Positions 11,959 to 24,791 are shown, numbered from the whole stretch's first letter. The stretch: 63,778 bases of DNA, filler included, from Octopus bimaculoides (GCF_001194135.2; 5 parts of 5 records of this genome joined end to end with filler, not necessarily neighbours in it); one strand, 5' to 3'. Numbers and translations are program-made. The notes: a model not told the origin generated them from the letters alone.

Positions 11959-12388
11959 GGTGCAAGAGTGGCTGTGTGGTAAGTAGCTTGCTTACTAACC
12001 ACATGGTTCCAGGTTCATTCCCACTGTGTGGCACCTTGGGCAAGTGTCTTCTACTATAGCCTCAGGCCGACCAAAGCCTTGTGAGTGGATTTGGTAGACA
12101 GAAACTGAAAGAAGCAAGGTCATATATATGTGTGTGTATGTTTATGTGTCTGTGTTTGTCCCCCGCCCCCAGCATCGCTTGACAACCGATGGTGGTGTGT
12201 TTACGTCCCTGTAACTTAGCGGTTCGGCAAAAGAGACTGATAGAATAAGTACTAGGCTTCCAAAGAATAANNNNNNNNNNGATAGAATAAGTACTAGGCT
12301 TCCAAAGAATAAGTCCTGGGGTCGATTTGCTCAACTAAAGGTGGTGCTCCAGCATGGCCACAGCCAAATGACTGACACAAGTAAAAGA
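11959..12388 (+). mobile_element. SINE family A, near full length
   Basis: ggtgcaagagtggctgtgtggtaagtagc head through gactgacacaagtaaaaga tail. Confidence 0.9.
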
Positions 12389-12689
12389 GAGAAAGATTAT
12401 TTTTAAAAAGTAATCTAATTACATGTCTGTGGTGCTGGAGTACTGGAGCTGAGGCTTCTGATTGCAGGTCAACCTAGAGGGATTCCATGATCTCCAAGTT
12501 GTACATCCTGTCAATTAACATTTCTCCAGAGATTCTTTGGAGGAACCCCTTTTAGCCACTTGTATTCACAATCGTACTCTTTCAGAAGTAAGCCAACATT
12601 CATGATCATAGCACAGTGTTGGCTAAATACCCTGAAACATCCTGTGTAGATAGACATCCATCAGTCTTAAAAGACCATGGATCTGCACC

Positions 12690-12965
12690 TGGAGAACTCT
12701 TTGTCAGCTGCTGATGGTGGTGCAGCATCTGCTGTGGCTGTACAGGCCCACACATGTGTGACAGTCTTGTAGCGACTGCATTTGAAGAAGCTCTCCACCA
12801 TTGTTACAGACTTTTCCTTTCTTCAGTGGCAAGTTTCAATTTCTCCTCTCACTCCATCCCCTTGCATAGTACTTGTCTTCAGTGTGGGCAATCATTTGCG
12901 ACTTCATCCCATCTTAAGACATCCAGATCTGTTGACTGCATATCTCTCTTGCAGAAGTCCTTGAA
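12690..12965 (-). mobile_element. RTE-clade LINE C-terminal fragment
   Basis: Minus translation FKDFCKRDMQSTDLDVLRWDEVAND...; after a frameshift FKCSR..DCHTCVGLYSHSRC, the RTE terminal Cys/His motif. Confidence 0.8.
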
Positions 12966-12991
12966 ATGAATACGAGGTTGATTATATTAAT

Positions 12992-13085
12992 AACTAGCAG
13001 AAATACCCGGCGTTGCCCGGGTTAAAGAGAATAATGAAATCTAAAAACGCTGTCTAGACTACGCATCATCTTTATATATAGAGAT
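12992..13085. mobile_element. Miniature Helentron-associated (HINE/DINE-1-like) element
   Basis: actagcag..acccggcgttgcccgggt hairpin at one end and tttatatatagagat at the other. Confidence 0.65.
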
Positions 13086-14068
13086 GTATATACACACACG
13101 CACCCAAACACACGTATATATATGTATATCAATATAAATATATGAAAGTCAATGAAGTTTCGTAAAAGAAGGTGATCATGTACATACTTTCTTGCTGTTG
13201 TGATTATAACACCTCATTGTAAACTATGTTCCTTGTTTTCCCTTGTGGAGCATATGCAAATAGGTTTTTTGTTGCTGCCCACTCTTGAGCAGCCAACATA
13301 CAATTGTCCATGTGAGAAGCAGGGCTCTTCCAAGANNNNNNNNNNNNNNNNNNNNNNNNNNNNNNNNNNNNNNNNNNNNNNNNNNNNNNNNNNNNNNNNN
13401 NNNNNNNNNNNNNNNNNNNNNNNNNNNNNNNNNNNNNNNNNNNNNNNNNNNNNNNNNNNNNNNNNNNNNNNNNNNNNNNNNNNNNNNNNNNNNNNNNNNN
13501 NNNNNNNNNNNNNNNNNNNNNNNNNNNNNNNNNNNNNNNNNNNNNNNNNNNNNNNNNNNNNNNNNNNNNNNNNNNNNNNNNNNNNNNNNNNNNNNNNNNN
13601 NNNNNNNNNNNNNNNNNNNNNNNNNNNNNNNNNNNNNNNNNNNNNNNNNNNNNNNNNNNNNNNNNNNNNNNNNNNNNNNNNNNNNNNNNNNNNNNNNNNN
13701 NNNNNNNNNNNNNNNNNNNNNNNNNNNNNNNNNNNNNNNNNNNNNNNNNNNNNNNNNNNNNNNNNNNNNNNNNNNNNNNNNNNNNNNNNNNNNNNNNNNN
13801 NNNNNNNNNNNNNNNNNNNNNNNNNNNNNNNNNNNNNNNNNNNNNNNNNNNNNNNNNNNNNNNNNNNNNNNNNNNNNNNNNNNNNNNNNNNNNNNNNNNN
13901 NNNNNNNNNNNNNNNNNNNNNNNNNNNNNNNNNNNNNNNNNNNNNNNNNNNNNNNNNNNNNNNNNNNNNNNNNNNNNNNNNNNNNNNNNNNNNNNNNNNN
14001 NNNNNNNNNNNNNNNNNNNNNNNNNNNNNNNNNNNNNNNNNNNNNNNNNNNNNNNNNNNNNNNNNNNA

Positions 14069-14076
14069 CATATACA

Positions 14077-14107
<31 letters not shown>

Positions 14108-14438
14108 CTTTCTCTCTTTCTCTCTCTGTGAAAGTATCTGTCACTACAGTATCGAAATGTGATTGTTTCAGTTAGTGGAATAGTTTCATTTTTAAAGTGA
14201 AAGTATTTGACATGAGTGTTTTTGTTTCACTTTTGACACGTAATACTTAAATAGTGGAGGAGATATTATGTTGCCGTGTGCTCGAACTCTGCAAGAAGTT
14301 AATAATTTTTTTTGACTAAAACACAACTGGAACCCTAAGTAAGGCATGTGTAAAATTTGAATGAAATTGGTTGCGTAGTTCTCGAGTTTTAGGGATTCAC
14401 ACAGACAGACACACATTCTCATTTTTATATATATAGAT
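14069..14438. mobile_element. Helentron-associated (HINE-like) element end, with (CT)n
   Basis: tgtgtaaaatttgaatgaaattggttgcgtagtt...acagacagac...tttttatatatatagat terminus. The other end lies in the N gap. Confidence 0.6.
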
Positions 14439-14849
14439 TAACATGAGGAAAACGTGGCTGTTAATTATCCAAGTGTATTAAATATTAACAGAGGAGAGTG
14501 AGCGAAAAAGTGATTAACAGCAAACAAATTAGTTTCCTTGTCCTTTTCACCACATTTGACTTTGCCGCAATTACTATGAGGATATGAAGCTCGATAAGGA
14601 CCCACTTATGATGGGTTTGAACAATTATTTCAAAATTCTTGAAACATCGTTTGCAATAAATAAATAGGTGATCTTTCATTTCATGATCATAAAAGTGAAA
14701 CCTACTGAATTCTGCAGAGATTGTCATTTGCCAGAAACTTGGCTGTGAAACAACTGTATTCTTTGAAATTTTAAGTGATGCATATGAGATGTAACAAAAT
14801 GCTAAAATCCGATTTTTAGTAAATGTTTTTGGTTTTTACTATTACAATT

Positions 14850-15050
14850 ATATAAAAGCATTGATGTGGGTACTGGTGCCACATAAAAAGCACTGCTGCT
14901 GGTGTCACTTAGAAAGCATTGGTGATGGTGGTTGCCTGATTTGGCTGGGTTAATCAGGTAGCATTTGGGGCTAGAGGCAAAGTTTGGTTTATGATATTTG
15001 ATGATGATAAAAGCATTCCTCTTAGCTAATACTTCTACCAAGAGCAAAAA
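14850..15050 (-). mobile_element. Penelope-like element, RT N-terminal fragment
   Basis: AFIIIKYHKPNFASSPKCYLINPAKS matches the PLE RT-upstream motif AFITLKDHKxNFxxxPxCRLINPAKS. Confidence 0.8.
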
Positions 15051-15179
15051 TCAGCGACGATATAAAGGAGAGGGGAGCTTTCAATTTCTCATTATGGCAT
15101 AGTACTAATGAAGTGATTTCATGGCTTAAAACTAACCAGGGTAGAGGCAGGGCAAAGTTCACCCAATTCATTATAATCA

Positions 15180-16325
15180 ATTTTTACCCTTCTATATTGA
15201 AAGGGACACTGATCAAGGCACAATTTAAGTCTCCTTGAGTTGTGCACCCAGCATTAAGAAAATTTTAGTGAGTGCCCCTAGCTGTGAGCAGAGGCATGAT
15301 GCTTATGTGAGGTATACAGTAACTGCCCAGTAGAGTAAGGGTGGGGGTGGTGGTTGAATCAAAGCCAATGGGTCGTGTATGAGGCTTAGGTGTGGCCAGC
15401 ACTGGCAGCCAAAGCAACAGCCTAAGCAACAATGACACATCTGCTGACAACAGCAACAACAATGGCAGCAGTGATGGTGGTGGTGGTGGTGGTGTCAACA
15501 ATACCAACAGTTACAATGGCAGCAACTGCACCAACATTGAAGCTGGAAATGGTGGCTACACGAGCAACAACAAAACCACCTGGTCCATGTCCAGGAATAA
15601 TAACAATGGCCACAAATCCAGCAATAACACTTGTAGAAACCACAGCAACATCAGACCCGGAGTTAATGAAAGAAACATTACTGGTAGTAGCACATCCAAT
15701 ACACAGACATGATAAAATGTCAGTTCAACCAGGCCCCTATTTAAGCAATATCTGAACAACCACAGGTCTTCATTTAGGATACTAGAAAGGTGCAACATCA
15801 CATTCTTGGCCAGCCACATATGGTGCTCAAAAGAGGAAGGAACCCTATACATAATTAAATGGAAGCTCCTTGAACATCAGGAGACTTACATAAATGGGAG
15901 CAAATGATGTAAGCTTTGCTTGGCAGAGAGAACAAGAATCCTAAGAAGCTTGCTTGATACAGAGACCCTTTTATACTCCAGGAAAGAAGTATTTAGTCAA
16001 TGCCCCCATCTAAAACGTTTCCTACTACAAGCTTGGAATTTCCCATTCTTTGAATAGACCCCTAGCATCATCGAATATCACCATGGCCAGAACCGATGTA
16101 AGGGGGATAATCCCATCCCACCTTTATCACTTCCTACATGGAGAGATATTTTTTGCTTACAAAACTAACTGACCATGACATATTTCTTCCTCCAGTTGTA
16201 GAGAGGTTATGCACCTTTGGCCATTTGAGTCTGATAGTTGCCTATACACCTAAGCACTTTATAGGTATGAAACCAATGGTCAATCTCTGACCAGCCATAA
16301 CAATTAATTTCCTATATATATATAT
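15180..16325 (+). mobile_element. Penelope-like element 3' part: thumb/linker, GIY-YIG endonuclease, 3' region with hammerhead-like motif, (TA)n
   Basis: TI*VSLSCAPSIKKIL (about 15220-15270), then SSTRPLFKQYLNNHRSSFR...LASHIW (15715-15825), then IKWKLLE...NGSK*CKLCLAE...RKEVFSQCPH (15850-16015). Decayed. Confidence 0.8.
16225..16287 (+). ncRNA. Degenerate type-I hammerhead-like motif downstream of the PLE GIY-YIG region
   Basis: CTGAT-AG core (one G missing), helix II TGCCTATA/TATAGGTA, GAAACC-AAT-GGTC with a GUC triplet. Helix I is poorly paired. Confidence 0.45.
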
Positions 16326-16449
16326 AAGGTACTAAAATATAAGAATTAGGCAGGATAATACTATCAAAGACATTTAACAAATTTTGTAAGCATGTTTCCT
16401 TTGTATAATTATTACTAATTATTATTCTTGCAAATATGTATCCAAATCA

Positions 16450-17250
16450 TCAACTGGTGTGCCATGCAAGGCCTAATATCTAATTTTTACATCGTTCCAT
16501 GTCTTTTCCAGATGTGTTTATGTGGATATATCATTCTCTTTGATCTATAAAATTGTGACTGGCATTTTCAGTATCATGCAATACATGTTCAATTATGACT
16601 GGCAATTATGTTGCAACACTTTTTTTAGTGATTGGCATATGGACACACTTTAGGCTGTTACATTCTACTAAGCCAAGAACATAGTGGCTTGCTTGATAAG
16701 AACAATTGCATAAAACTCTTCTGTCTCTATGAGCATACTATTTCCACCAATCTATACAGGCTTGTTGATATACCATGTAGCACATACACCTCAAGCTGCA
16801 GCAGTTAACTATTGGTTGTCTATTGACACTAACCTACTCCTTAACTACATATTGTCTCAAGTCAATTGATACCCACCATTACATAAATTCTACAAAATTA
16901 AGACTGGGACATGAAACCCAAAGAAGAAAGAATCTTGTCTTAAACCTTGATAATGGCTGCATGCACAACTCCTCCAAACTTTTCCATCTAAAAATATATG
17001 GTGACTCACCAAAAGCATTGATTCCTCACTGTATACTGTTGAATTATGAATTAATCCCAATTATGTGAGAAAGTTAATTGTACTTCCTGTTGTTCATTGT
17101 TATAATACAAATATCTCATATAACATAATACCTTTCAGTCAGCTCATCTATGTTGATCATGTTGCATACAATTCTCACAATTGCTTGTCATGTAACAGAG
17201 TCAGCCATTTCTTCTATAAATAAATGATTTTAAAATAAACTTTCAGTTTC
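16450..17250 (-). mobile_element. Decayed Merlin (IS1595/ISXO2-like) DNA transposase
   Basis: Across frames on the minus strand: LRQDSFFFGFHVP, IGGNSMLIETEE, ATxLPVIIEHVLHDT and ASHNFIDQ..YIHINT. These match the Merlin motifs SIRxGSFF, IGGxGxIVEIDES, ATLLPII..HV and VNHSxNFVD. Confidence 0.7.
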
Positions 17251-17946
17251 AAAGCAAAACATTCTTCCAGTTCCATCTCTTGTACTACTCAACATTAGTT
17301 TACCTTCATTTTATTAGGCCAATCTCTGTTAAATTTCAGTGGTTTCACTTTCTGGATCATGAACTGAAATATCACCAATAAATAAATAGTGCTTATCCTT
17401 TTTTTTGCCCTAGTTGCTTCATGGTTAACAAACATTTACTTTCAAGAACACTGGAAACAAAATGTGTTAAAAAGTATGATTACCTGTAATATATTATAAA
17501 CATTACTTATTATAGAATTATTATGTCAATAAAATCTATTATAAATAATGTTTGATAATAATTTAATTAATCACAACTTGGTTAACTTTTGCAACAGATG
17601 CTTCTAGATATGATTTTAACACTCCTTGAATTAAATGTGTCTTCACACATGAACATAAGCATTGTTTTTCATGTGAATATGTGATCTCTTAATAATTCTT
17701 ATTTTTTCATATAGTACCAATGTAAATTATTCACTTACCATAGCAGGAATAGTGGTTCAAGAGATTCAAATAAGCTACGTGCACGCATGCACACACACAC
17801 ACATGCACACTTACACACACACATACACACTTACACGCAGAGCAGTTCTGAGCAAATGTAATTACTATCTGTAGTATATTTTAATCTTGGGTTTTCCCCA
17901 AATTTGTTGGGAAATAACATTCAAGTGGACGAGTATTTCACATTAT

Positions 17947-17981
<35 letters not shown>

Positions 17982-18043
17982 TGCAGGTATGGCTGTGTGG
18001 TAAGAAGCTGAAAGAATCTCATCGTATATATACACACACACAC

Positions 18044-18088
<45 letters not shown>

Positions 18089-18253
18089 NNNNNNNNNNNN
18101 NNNNNNNNNNNNNNNNNNNNNNNNNNNNNNNNTTAATTAATTAANNNNNNNNNNNNNNNNNNNNNNNNNNNNNNNNNNNNNNNNNNNNAAATATATAAAA
18201 ATAAAAAGATAAAGAGAGCAATGGTAAGGTTGGAGAAGTATTTTATGGATAGA

Positions 18254-18302
18254 GTCTTACAGCTGTTTCTGGGAAGATCCAGTACTTCCCTTCATCGGAG
18301 AC
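18254..18302 (-). ncRNA. Second, identical hammerhead-like motif in the opposite arm
   Basis: Exact reverse complement of 19081-19129. Confidence 0.6.
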
Positions 18303-19080
18303 AGAAAAAATAAAGGAATCTATTATTATATCCATAGGCGGATAGTTTTAGTATGAAGTGGTATAGAGTGTGATGCACTGAAAAAAAGGAGAGAACAGTA
18401 CTTGAAGTGTAGTTTCATTCCAGTAGTAAATATCCGTGTAAAAATCCGTGTAAAGTAATCCTTGTGGAGATAATCCGGAAATAGATGTAGGAACAAAGGC
18501 TGATACAGCATAGATAGCAGAGGTGAATATATGCCATACTGCGTTCGATGGTTTTTGCTTGTTTACTTGAAGAACGTCCAAGTCAAGTGAAAAGTGAGCG
18601 CACGGTAATTAGGTCAAGACATGAAGACAGAATGGGAAAAGGTATAGAGGAGAGATAGAGGTGGAGAATGGTAGCGGTATATTTTTATGGTCAGTTGATC
18701 TTACAGGATAGAGGGGATGAGCATATAGAGTGAAGGAGTAATGGGGGGATGAGGTTAAAAGGTCTAGTGAGTAGGAAGGAATGCGCATATGTAGTATATA
18801 GGTTATGAGTGATAAACCAAAGACAGAGATAAAGGAAGAGATGGGTGGGAAAGGTAGTTAGTAGTATCATATTCTAGAATGCAGCCAAACCTATTTATAG
18901 ACGGTGGAATGGGATTGAAAGAACGTAGTCTGTATGCGTTGTTGGTGTTGATGTGAATTAGAGTATAGAGGAAATAGATTTGGTGATATATATATATATG
19001 TGGTGATATGATCGAAAGGAAATAATCCTATTTAAACTATCCGCCTATGGATATAATAATAGATTCCTTTATTTTTTTCT

Positions 19081-19129
19081 GTCTCCGATGAAGGGAAGTA
19101 CTGGATCTTCCCAGAAACAGCTGTAAGAC
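19081..19129 (+). ncRNA. Minimal type-I hammerhead-like motif with palindromic AGCT loop
   Basis: GTCT | CCGATGA | A-GGGAAG-tactggat-CTTCCC-A | GAAAC-AGCT-GT-A | AGAC. The core has C in place of U4, and the 10.1/11.1 pair is A/A. Confidence 0.6.
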
Positions 19130-19703
19130 TCTATCCATAAAATACTTATCCAACCTTACTATTGCTCTCTTTATCTTTTTATTTTTATATATTTACATAT
19201 ACACACGCTAATACACGACTTATAATCCCCAATCCTGTTCATACAACGACTGGGGCAAAACTAGTCGGTATACAACACTCACTCGGTATTACCTGTATCC
19301 TCTTGGGTTTGGTTAAATCCAATACCNNNNNNNNNNNNNNNNNNNNNNNNNNNNNNNNNNNNNNNNNNNNNNNNNNNNNNNNNNNNNNNNNNNNNNNNNN
19401 NNNNNNNNNNNNNNNNNNNNNNNNNNNNNNNNNNNNNNNNNNNNNNNNNNNNNNNNNNNNNNNNNNNNNNNNNNNNNNNNNNNNNNNNNNNNNNNNNNNN
19501 NNNNNNNNNNNNNNNNNNNNNNNNNNNNNNNNNNNNNNNNNNNNNNNNNNNNNNNNNNNNNNNNNNNNNNNNNNNNNNNNNNNNNNNNNNNNNNNNNNNN
19601 NNNNNNNNNNNNNNNNNNNNNNNNNNNNNNNNNNNNNNNNNNNNNNNNNNNNNNNNNNNNNNNNNNNNNNNNNNNNNNNNNNNNNNNNNNNNNNNNNNNA
19701 TAC

Positions 19704-19753
<50 letters not shown>

Positions 19754-22700
19754 ATGTATGTATATATGTATGTATTTATGTATGTATATATGTATGTGTG
19801 TGTGTAGGCAGACAGACAGACTGACTGATCGATAGATAGATAGATAGATTCTTATACAGAATGAAAGTTAGATGGATGAAAACTGCAGAGGGGAAAGTGT
19901 TAGAAGAGGTATTTCGATTGAATTCTGAAAGACACAAGAAGTTTATTCTGTTTCTAGCTTTATTCTTCTGATATATTTTTTTCGAGATTTCCGAGAAAAT
20001 AATTGTTTGTGTCTTTGCTTGTATAAAATATCACAACTTGTAAATTATTTGTGTATTATAACTTCTGTTAAATTGATGTATTTATTCAGACTGGAGAACA
20101 AAACAGATCGAAATTTGCATCTTTTGTCGTCTTACCTTTTGTTAGAAACTTTGGATGCGATACAACTATCATGCTGAAGTACATAACTGATAATAGACAA
20201 AATGTATTATCATATTTAAACGCACAATACTTCTGAATAAGTGTAATTTTATTTCGTATTTTCATATCTAAATTGTCGTATACAATAACCCCAATAAATA
20301 AAATACTTTAAACATATGTTTTATATTATAGAACGTTATATTGTTGCAACCTAACATATTGAAAACTCTATCATACAAAAAAGTTCAACGTATTTTAGCG
20401 CTTTTTGTTGTTTTAGTTGTTACTGATGTTTGTATTAAATAACACGTGCAATCTCTTAGCGATTGGTTCTAATACAATATATATGAAAATATATTTTATG
20501 TCTCCATTGTTTGCGTCGAATTCTCTGAGAAAATAGTATATCTTAAATAATCATTAAATATGGCTCTCTCTCTCTCTCTCTNNNNNNNNNNNNNNNNNNN
20601 NNNNNNNNNNNNNNNNNNNNNNNNNNNNNNNNNNNNNNNNNNNNNNNNNNNNNNNNNNNNNNNNNNNNNNNNNNNNNNNNNNNNNNNNNNNNNNNNNNNN
20701 NNNNNNNNNNNNNNNNNNNNNNATATAGTTTTGCTGATTATTCGTCAGCTGCAAACAAATATAGAATTAGGGACTGTAATATATTTATTTTCCATTTACA
20801 TGGACAAAATGTACTTATGTGTAAGAACTTTGATAAAGAATCCTCACATTCAAAATTGTCGTGTCGCCTCTCGAAATACAATATTCAGAAATGAAATGAG
20901 TTATTCGATCAATAACTCATCTCATATATTAAATATTCAACCCCTTATTTATTATCGTGTTGTGACTTTCTGTTAAATCGTATATATATCAACAAACAGT
21001 GTCTGTTATTCAAAACAAGTTCAATTTGTATCATATTCTGATCTATGCATATCCATTCCACCATTTTATCACTCTGAAACAAAGATCATGCTCATGATGT
21101 AGTCTATATTTCAACCGATTGTGATCCAATCCTATAGTTATTATAATGGCATGAATTCATTTCCTTAGTGAACTGCATAACGTCTATCATACCTCTTCGA
21201 TTTTTGACTCATCCGAAATCCTCAGTTTAGAAAAAAGTTTTACTTAAGTAAAATCTGTCTTCTATTTTTCTAGTTTTGGAAGAAAACAGGAACACAATTC
21301 CCCATTGATATAGAATCGTACTCACATTATATTTTATATTATTTAATTTATAAGTAACATTTCAAATATTTGCAAGATGTATGTGGAATGGCAGGCATTT
21401 TAAACTGGTAGACGTAAAAAGAATAAAGTTTCGTTTCATTTCAGCCACAATTATTTTGGAGCCAACTTTTATTTTCAACATTCACTATTCAACCAATTAT
21501 TATTCATGAACCAGATGTAATTAAATAGGCGTACTATTAAATATTTATTTATTTATTTATGGGTTTCAGCCAAGTGGCTGCGGTCATGCTGGTGCACCAC
21601 CGTGAAATATGCATACTATATAATTAAATAAGGATACTATTAAATATGTATACTATCAATCATGTCTCTATAAGAAATTAATACTTCAAATACATAAGCC
21701 ATTGTAAAACAGGGTTTTTAATAGTGGTTTCATTTCGGTGATTTTAAAATTCTGTAAATGCCAGTCGGTCCTATTTTAACCACTTTATAATTGTCAGTTT
21801 CTAACGGAATAAGGACTCAATACTGTATGCTATAATAAGGACAGTAAAGAGACTATAATGCTTTTGAGTTAAAGGAACAGTAATGTGATTTCGATTTCTA
21901 TTTGATTTTACTTCACTTTATTTGAAAAAAATCTGATAATGACATTTAGAAATAGATGAGCTGTAAAACAGACCATTATATGTCAAATATAAATCTCATG
22001 TATATGTACGTAGTTCGGAGAAATTACCATCTCTAGTATATAGTGAGGATTTATATACAGCGAATTACTTGCGTTTCAAACTATTTTTTAACGTCAATTG
22101 CTTTTGTAGTTTTTCTCTTTTTACTGCTTCATCTTTTACGGTTTGCTATGATCATACAGAACGCAAATCTGTTAGATATCATTTATATTCTGAATATAAG
22201 CTTTCTTTTACTTCAAATGCATGGCCTTTTGTGTGTGTTAAAATGGTTGCGTGTAGAATTTTAAAGATATAACAATGAAAACATATGAAAAATAGAAAAT
22301 AAAAATGGCGCTTTTATACATAATGTGCACTATAGTGTGTTGGGTGTTTTATTTTATAAACCTTGGCAAACTGCAGTATGATGCAAACTTTATGACCGTA
22401 GCATTGAAATTAGAATTAGATATGATGAATGACATATCTGCAAGGTGTTAAAACGTTATAAACCATCATGATATCAGATCAATCTATAGCTAATTCTCAA
22501 GGTTTCATCATATGCATTCTTATAGTACATAACAAGAAATATATTGAATTAGAATAGATATTGCATTCGGATTCATAACATAAACAAACGCTTACAAAGA
22601 GGAAGAGGATTTCTGATGACTTACAGAATCTGTAAGCATAGAATTTGATGATAAATAAATATACATACATATATATGTGTGTGTGTGTATTGATTTTTTT

Positions 22701-22764
22701 TTTCAATTGAAAAGCAAAATAGAGAAATCAATATTATAACGAAAGTGGGGTATGTCCAGGTAAT

Positions 22765-23173
22765 TCAAAGATACACTCGATTTCTGTTATTCACATCTAT
22801 AGCAAGATGCTTGCTGGACACCAATATGGTTTCGGTTTCAATTTCAATTAAGTTTGAGATGATACGTTTCTTGAGCAATATCCAAGGTATTGTTAAAGGA
22901 ATTTCTTTGACAAAATGTGAATCATCATATTTTAGGGCTGTAATATAAAGCTTGTCGCTCTGCTTAACACCACACGACATTGGTCAGTATAAATGGAGCA
23001 CGCACGCACGCTTGTACATACACACACTCACACATACACACAATCACGCATATTATGTATATATATAAATATAAAATATGCGGAATTTATGTTTTACATA
23101 GATGTAACAAAATATCGTGCAATCTTACCGCTTAGTAGAGGGATGAACTTCTCTTTCTTGTGATACCAGTTCT
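22765..23173 (-). other. Candidate two-exon 3' coding end (23173-23129 and 22937-22765) of an unrecognised gene
   Basis: ttctaattatctgtag| 45 nt |GTAAGA, then tttatattacag|, joined in phase 1 to give NWYHKKEKFIPLLS-ALKYDDSHFVKEIPLTIPWILLKKRIISNLIEIETETILVSSKHLAIDVNNRNRVYL*. No homology recognised. Confidence 0.2.
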
Positions 23174-23705
23174 CTACAGATAATTAGAAGATCGGTCTGC
23201 TACTGCCATAAATCTTTAAACAACTTCGCAACGAATTTAATTGCCTGATAGGTAATGTCACTAGCTAGAAGTGTGCTTTGTTTTGGATAATAGCTAAATA
23301 TATCAACTGCTTGAATTTTGCCCAGTTGGTATTAAATATTTATGTTTGGTCATAACATTCATCATTCTACTGTGATAAGCACTACGAAACACACCCAAAC
23401 ATCAGCTCCTATATTTATATAATTAGCACTTACTTTTTGCTTAGTCAACATCCATTGTTAACACGTCATATAATGTTAGTTTGGTGATTCCTAAAGATTC
23501 CATCAGGAGTTATATGGACTCTCTGGTTAACTATATATNNNNNNNNNNNNNNNNNNNNNNNNNNNNNNNNNNNNNNNNNNNNNNNNNNNNNNNNNNNNNN
23601 NNNNNNNNNNNNNNNNNNNNNNNNNNNNNNNNNNNNNNNNNNNNNNNNNNNNNNNNNNNNNNNNNNNNNNNNNNNNNNNNNNNNNNNNNNNNNNNNNNNN
23701 NNNNN

Positions 23706-23765
<60 letters not shown>

Positions 23766-23879
23766 TGTGTGTGTGTGTATATATATGCATGTGTGTATGT
23801 ATGTATCGATGTGTGTATGCATGTATGTGTATAGAATGTTTGAAGTTGTGTACAGATATTAAGAAATAAAATCTCGTCA

Positions 23880-24740
23880 GGATTTGGATGACAACTATCT
23901 ATTTAGAACTTTTCTTTCTTTCAGGGACGAATCTCTGAGAGGGAAGAAAGCTTGATGTATTGGTGAAAAGTCAACGGCACTGAAATGCATAAAAACTAAA
24001 CTTGTATTTACGAAAAAGGTTGCTGATATGAAGCGCTGGGGTTAATCTGAATATTGGTGAAGTCTTTGTGTCATGATCTGCGCAAGATATTAAAATGCCG
24101 ACATCATGACTGCTGCTCAATGCTCTGTGAACAATATCAAGAATGTAAGACATGGGTAGTCAGCTAGAAGGGAAACTACAAAGTCGTAGTCAGCATGAGG
24201 GGACACAGCAGATGTTCTCACTAAATACTCACGCCGGAAGTCATCTACACATGCTTGGGCAGCGCCTTAGGTTTCATTCTCACCGCTATGTTAGGTCACA
24301 TGAAGTTGTGGCCAATACCTCGCAAGTCCTCGAAGGTTATATGTGTGACAGCAGGATCTGTCTCTTTGCCATATCTCAGGAAAGATTCAGAAGAAGTTGT
24401 CGGAGGATTTACCTCAATTTGATCCTAAGGGTTATAATATCCTGGACGCAGTTGAGACAGTCATCAACTGCTCTCACTGAAACACCAAGGCCAAAATGGA
24501 GGCTAAGATCAAGGACGTGTTCACACATCATCCTAGGAAGACAGTGAGGAACACATGCTCCAAATTCCAGAGACCTTTTGAAGATGTGGTGGATATTGAG
24601 AGCGGCTATATTGAGTGAACTCTTATCCCCTAGCCATGTAGTAGTCGATATCTTTTGATTTTTTTGAAATACTTTTGTTTTTAAATGGCATATTTTCTTT
24701 GCTTTTCGTTTTATGCAAACTGTGAAATTTAGCCCGAACA
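23880..24740 (+). mobile_element. Decayed Tc1/mariner-superfamily transposase, catalytic C-terminal half plus right end
   Basis: YV*QQDLSLCHISGKIQKKLSE...NTKAKMEAKIKDVF..PRKTVRNTCSKF..VVDIESGYIE* matches the QQDxAPxH motif and the terminal ACxxFxxRxExVxxxxGGxxE* pattern. Confidence 0.75.
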
Positions 24741-24741
24741 C

Positions 24742-24791
<50 letters not shown>

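Larger units (their letters stand above)
18189..19194. mobile_element. PLE-derived unit with about 160-bp near-identical inverted repeats (18189-18348 and 19034-19194)
   Basis: The arms are reverse complements apart from a few substitutions and indels, and each carries a hammerhead-like motif. The left arm abuts an N gap. Confidence 0.8.

Noticed and set aside
12240-12312. 32-bp direct repeat gatagaataagtactaggcttccaaagaataa on both sides of a 10-N gap
   Set aside because: Unmerged contig overlap inside a SINE; an assembly artefact, not a TSD or CRISPR-like repeat.
15392-15755. Asn/Gly-rich 106-aa ORF as a host gene
   Set aside because: It lies between Penelope thumb and GIY-YIG motifs and is explained as element linker.
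18133-18144. Palindromic TTAATTAATTAA isolated between N runs (also at 38635-38646, 59880-59891 and 61671-61682)
   Set aside because: Each sits in the middle of a 100-bp block (44 N, 12 nt, 44 N) and has stops in all six frames, so it is an artificial scaffolding spacer, not biology.
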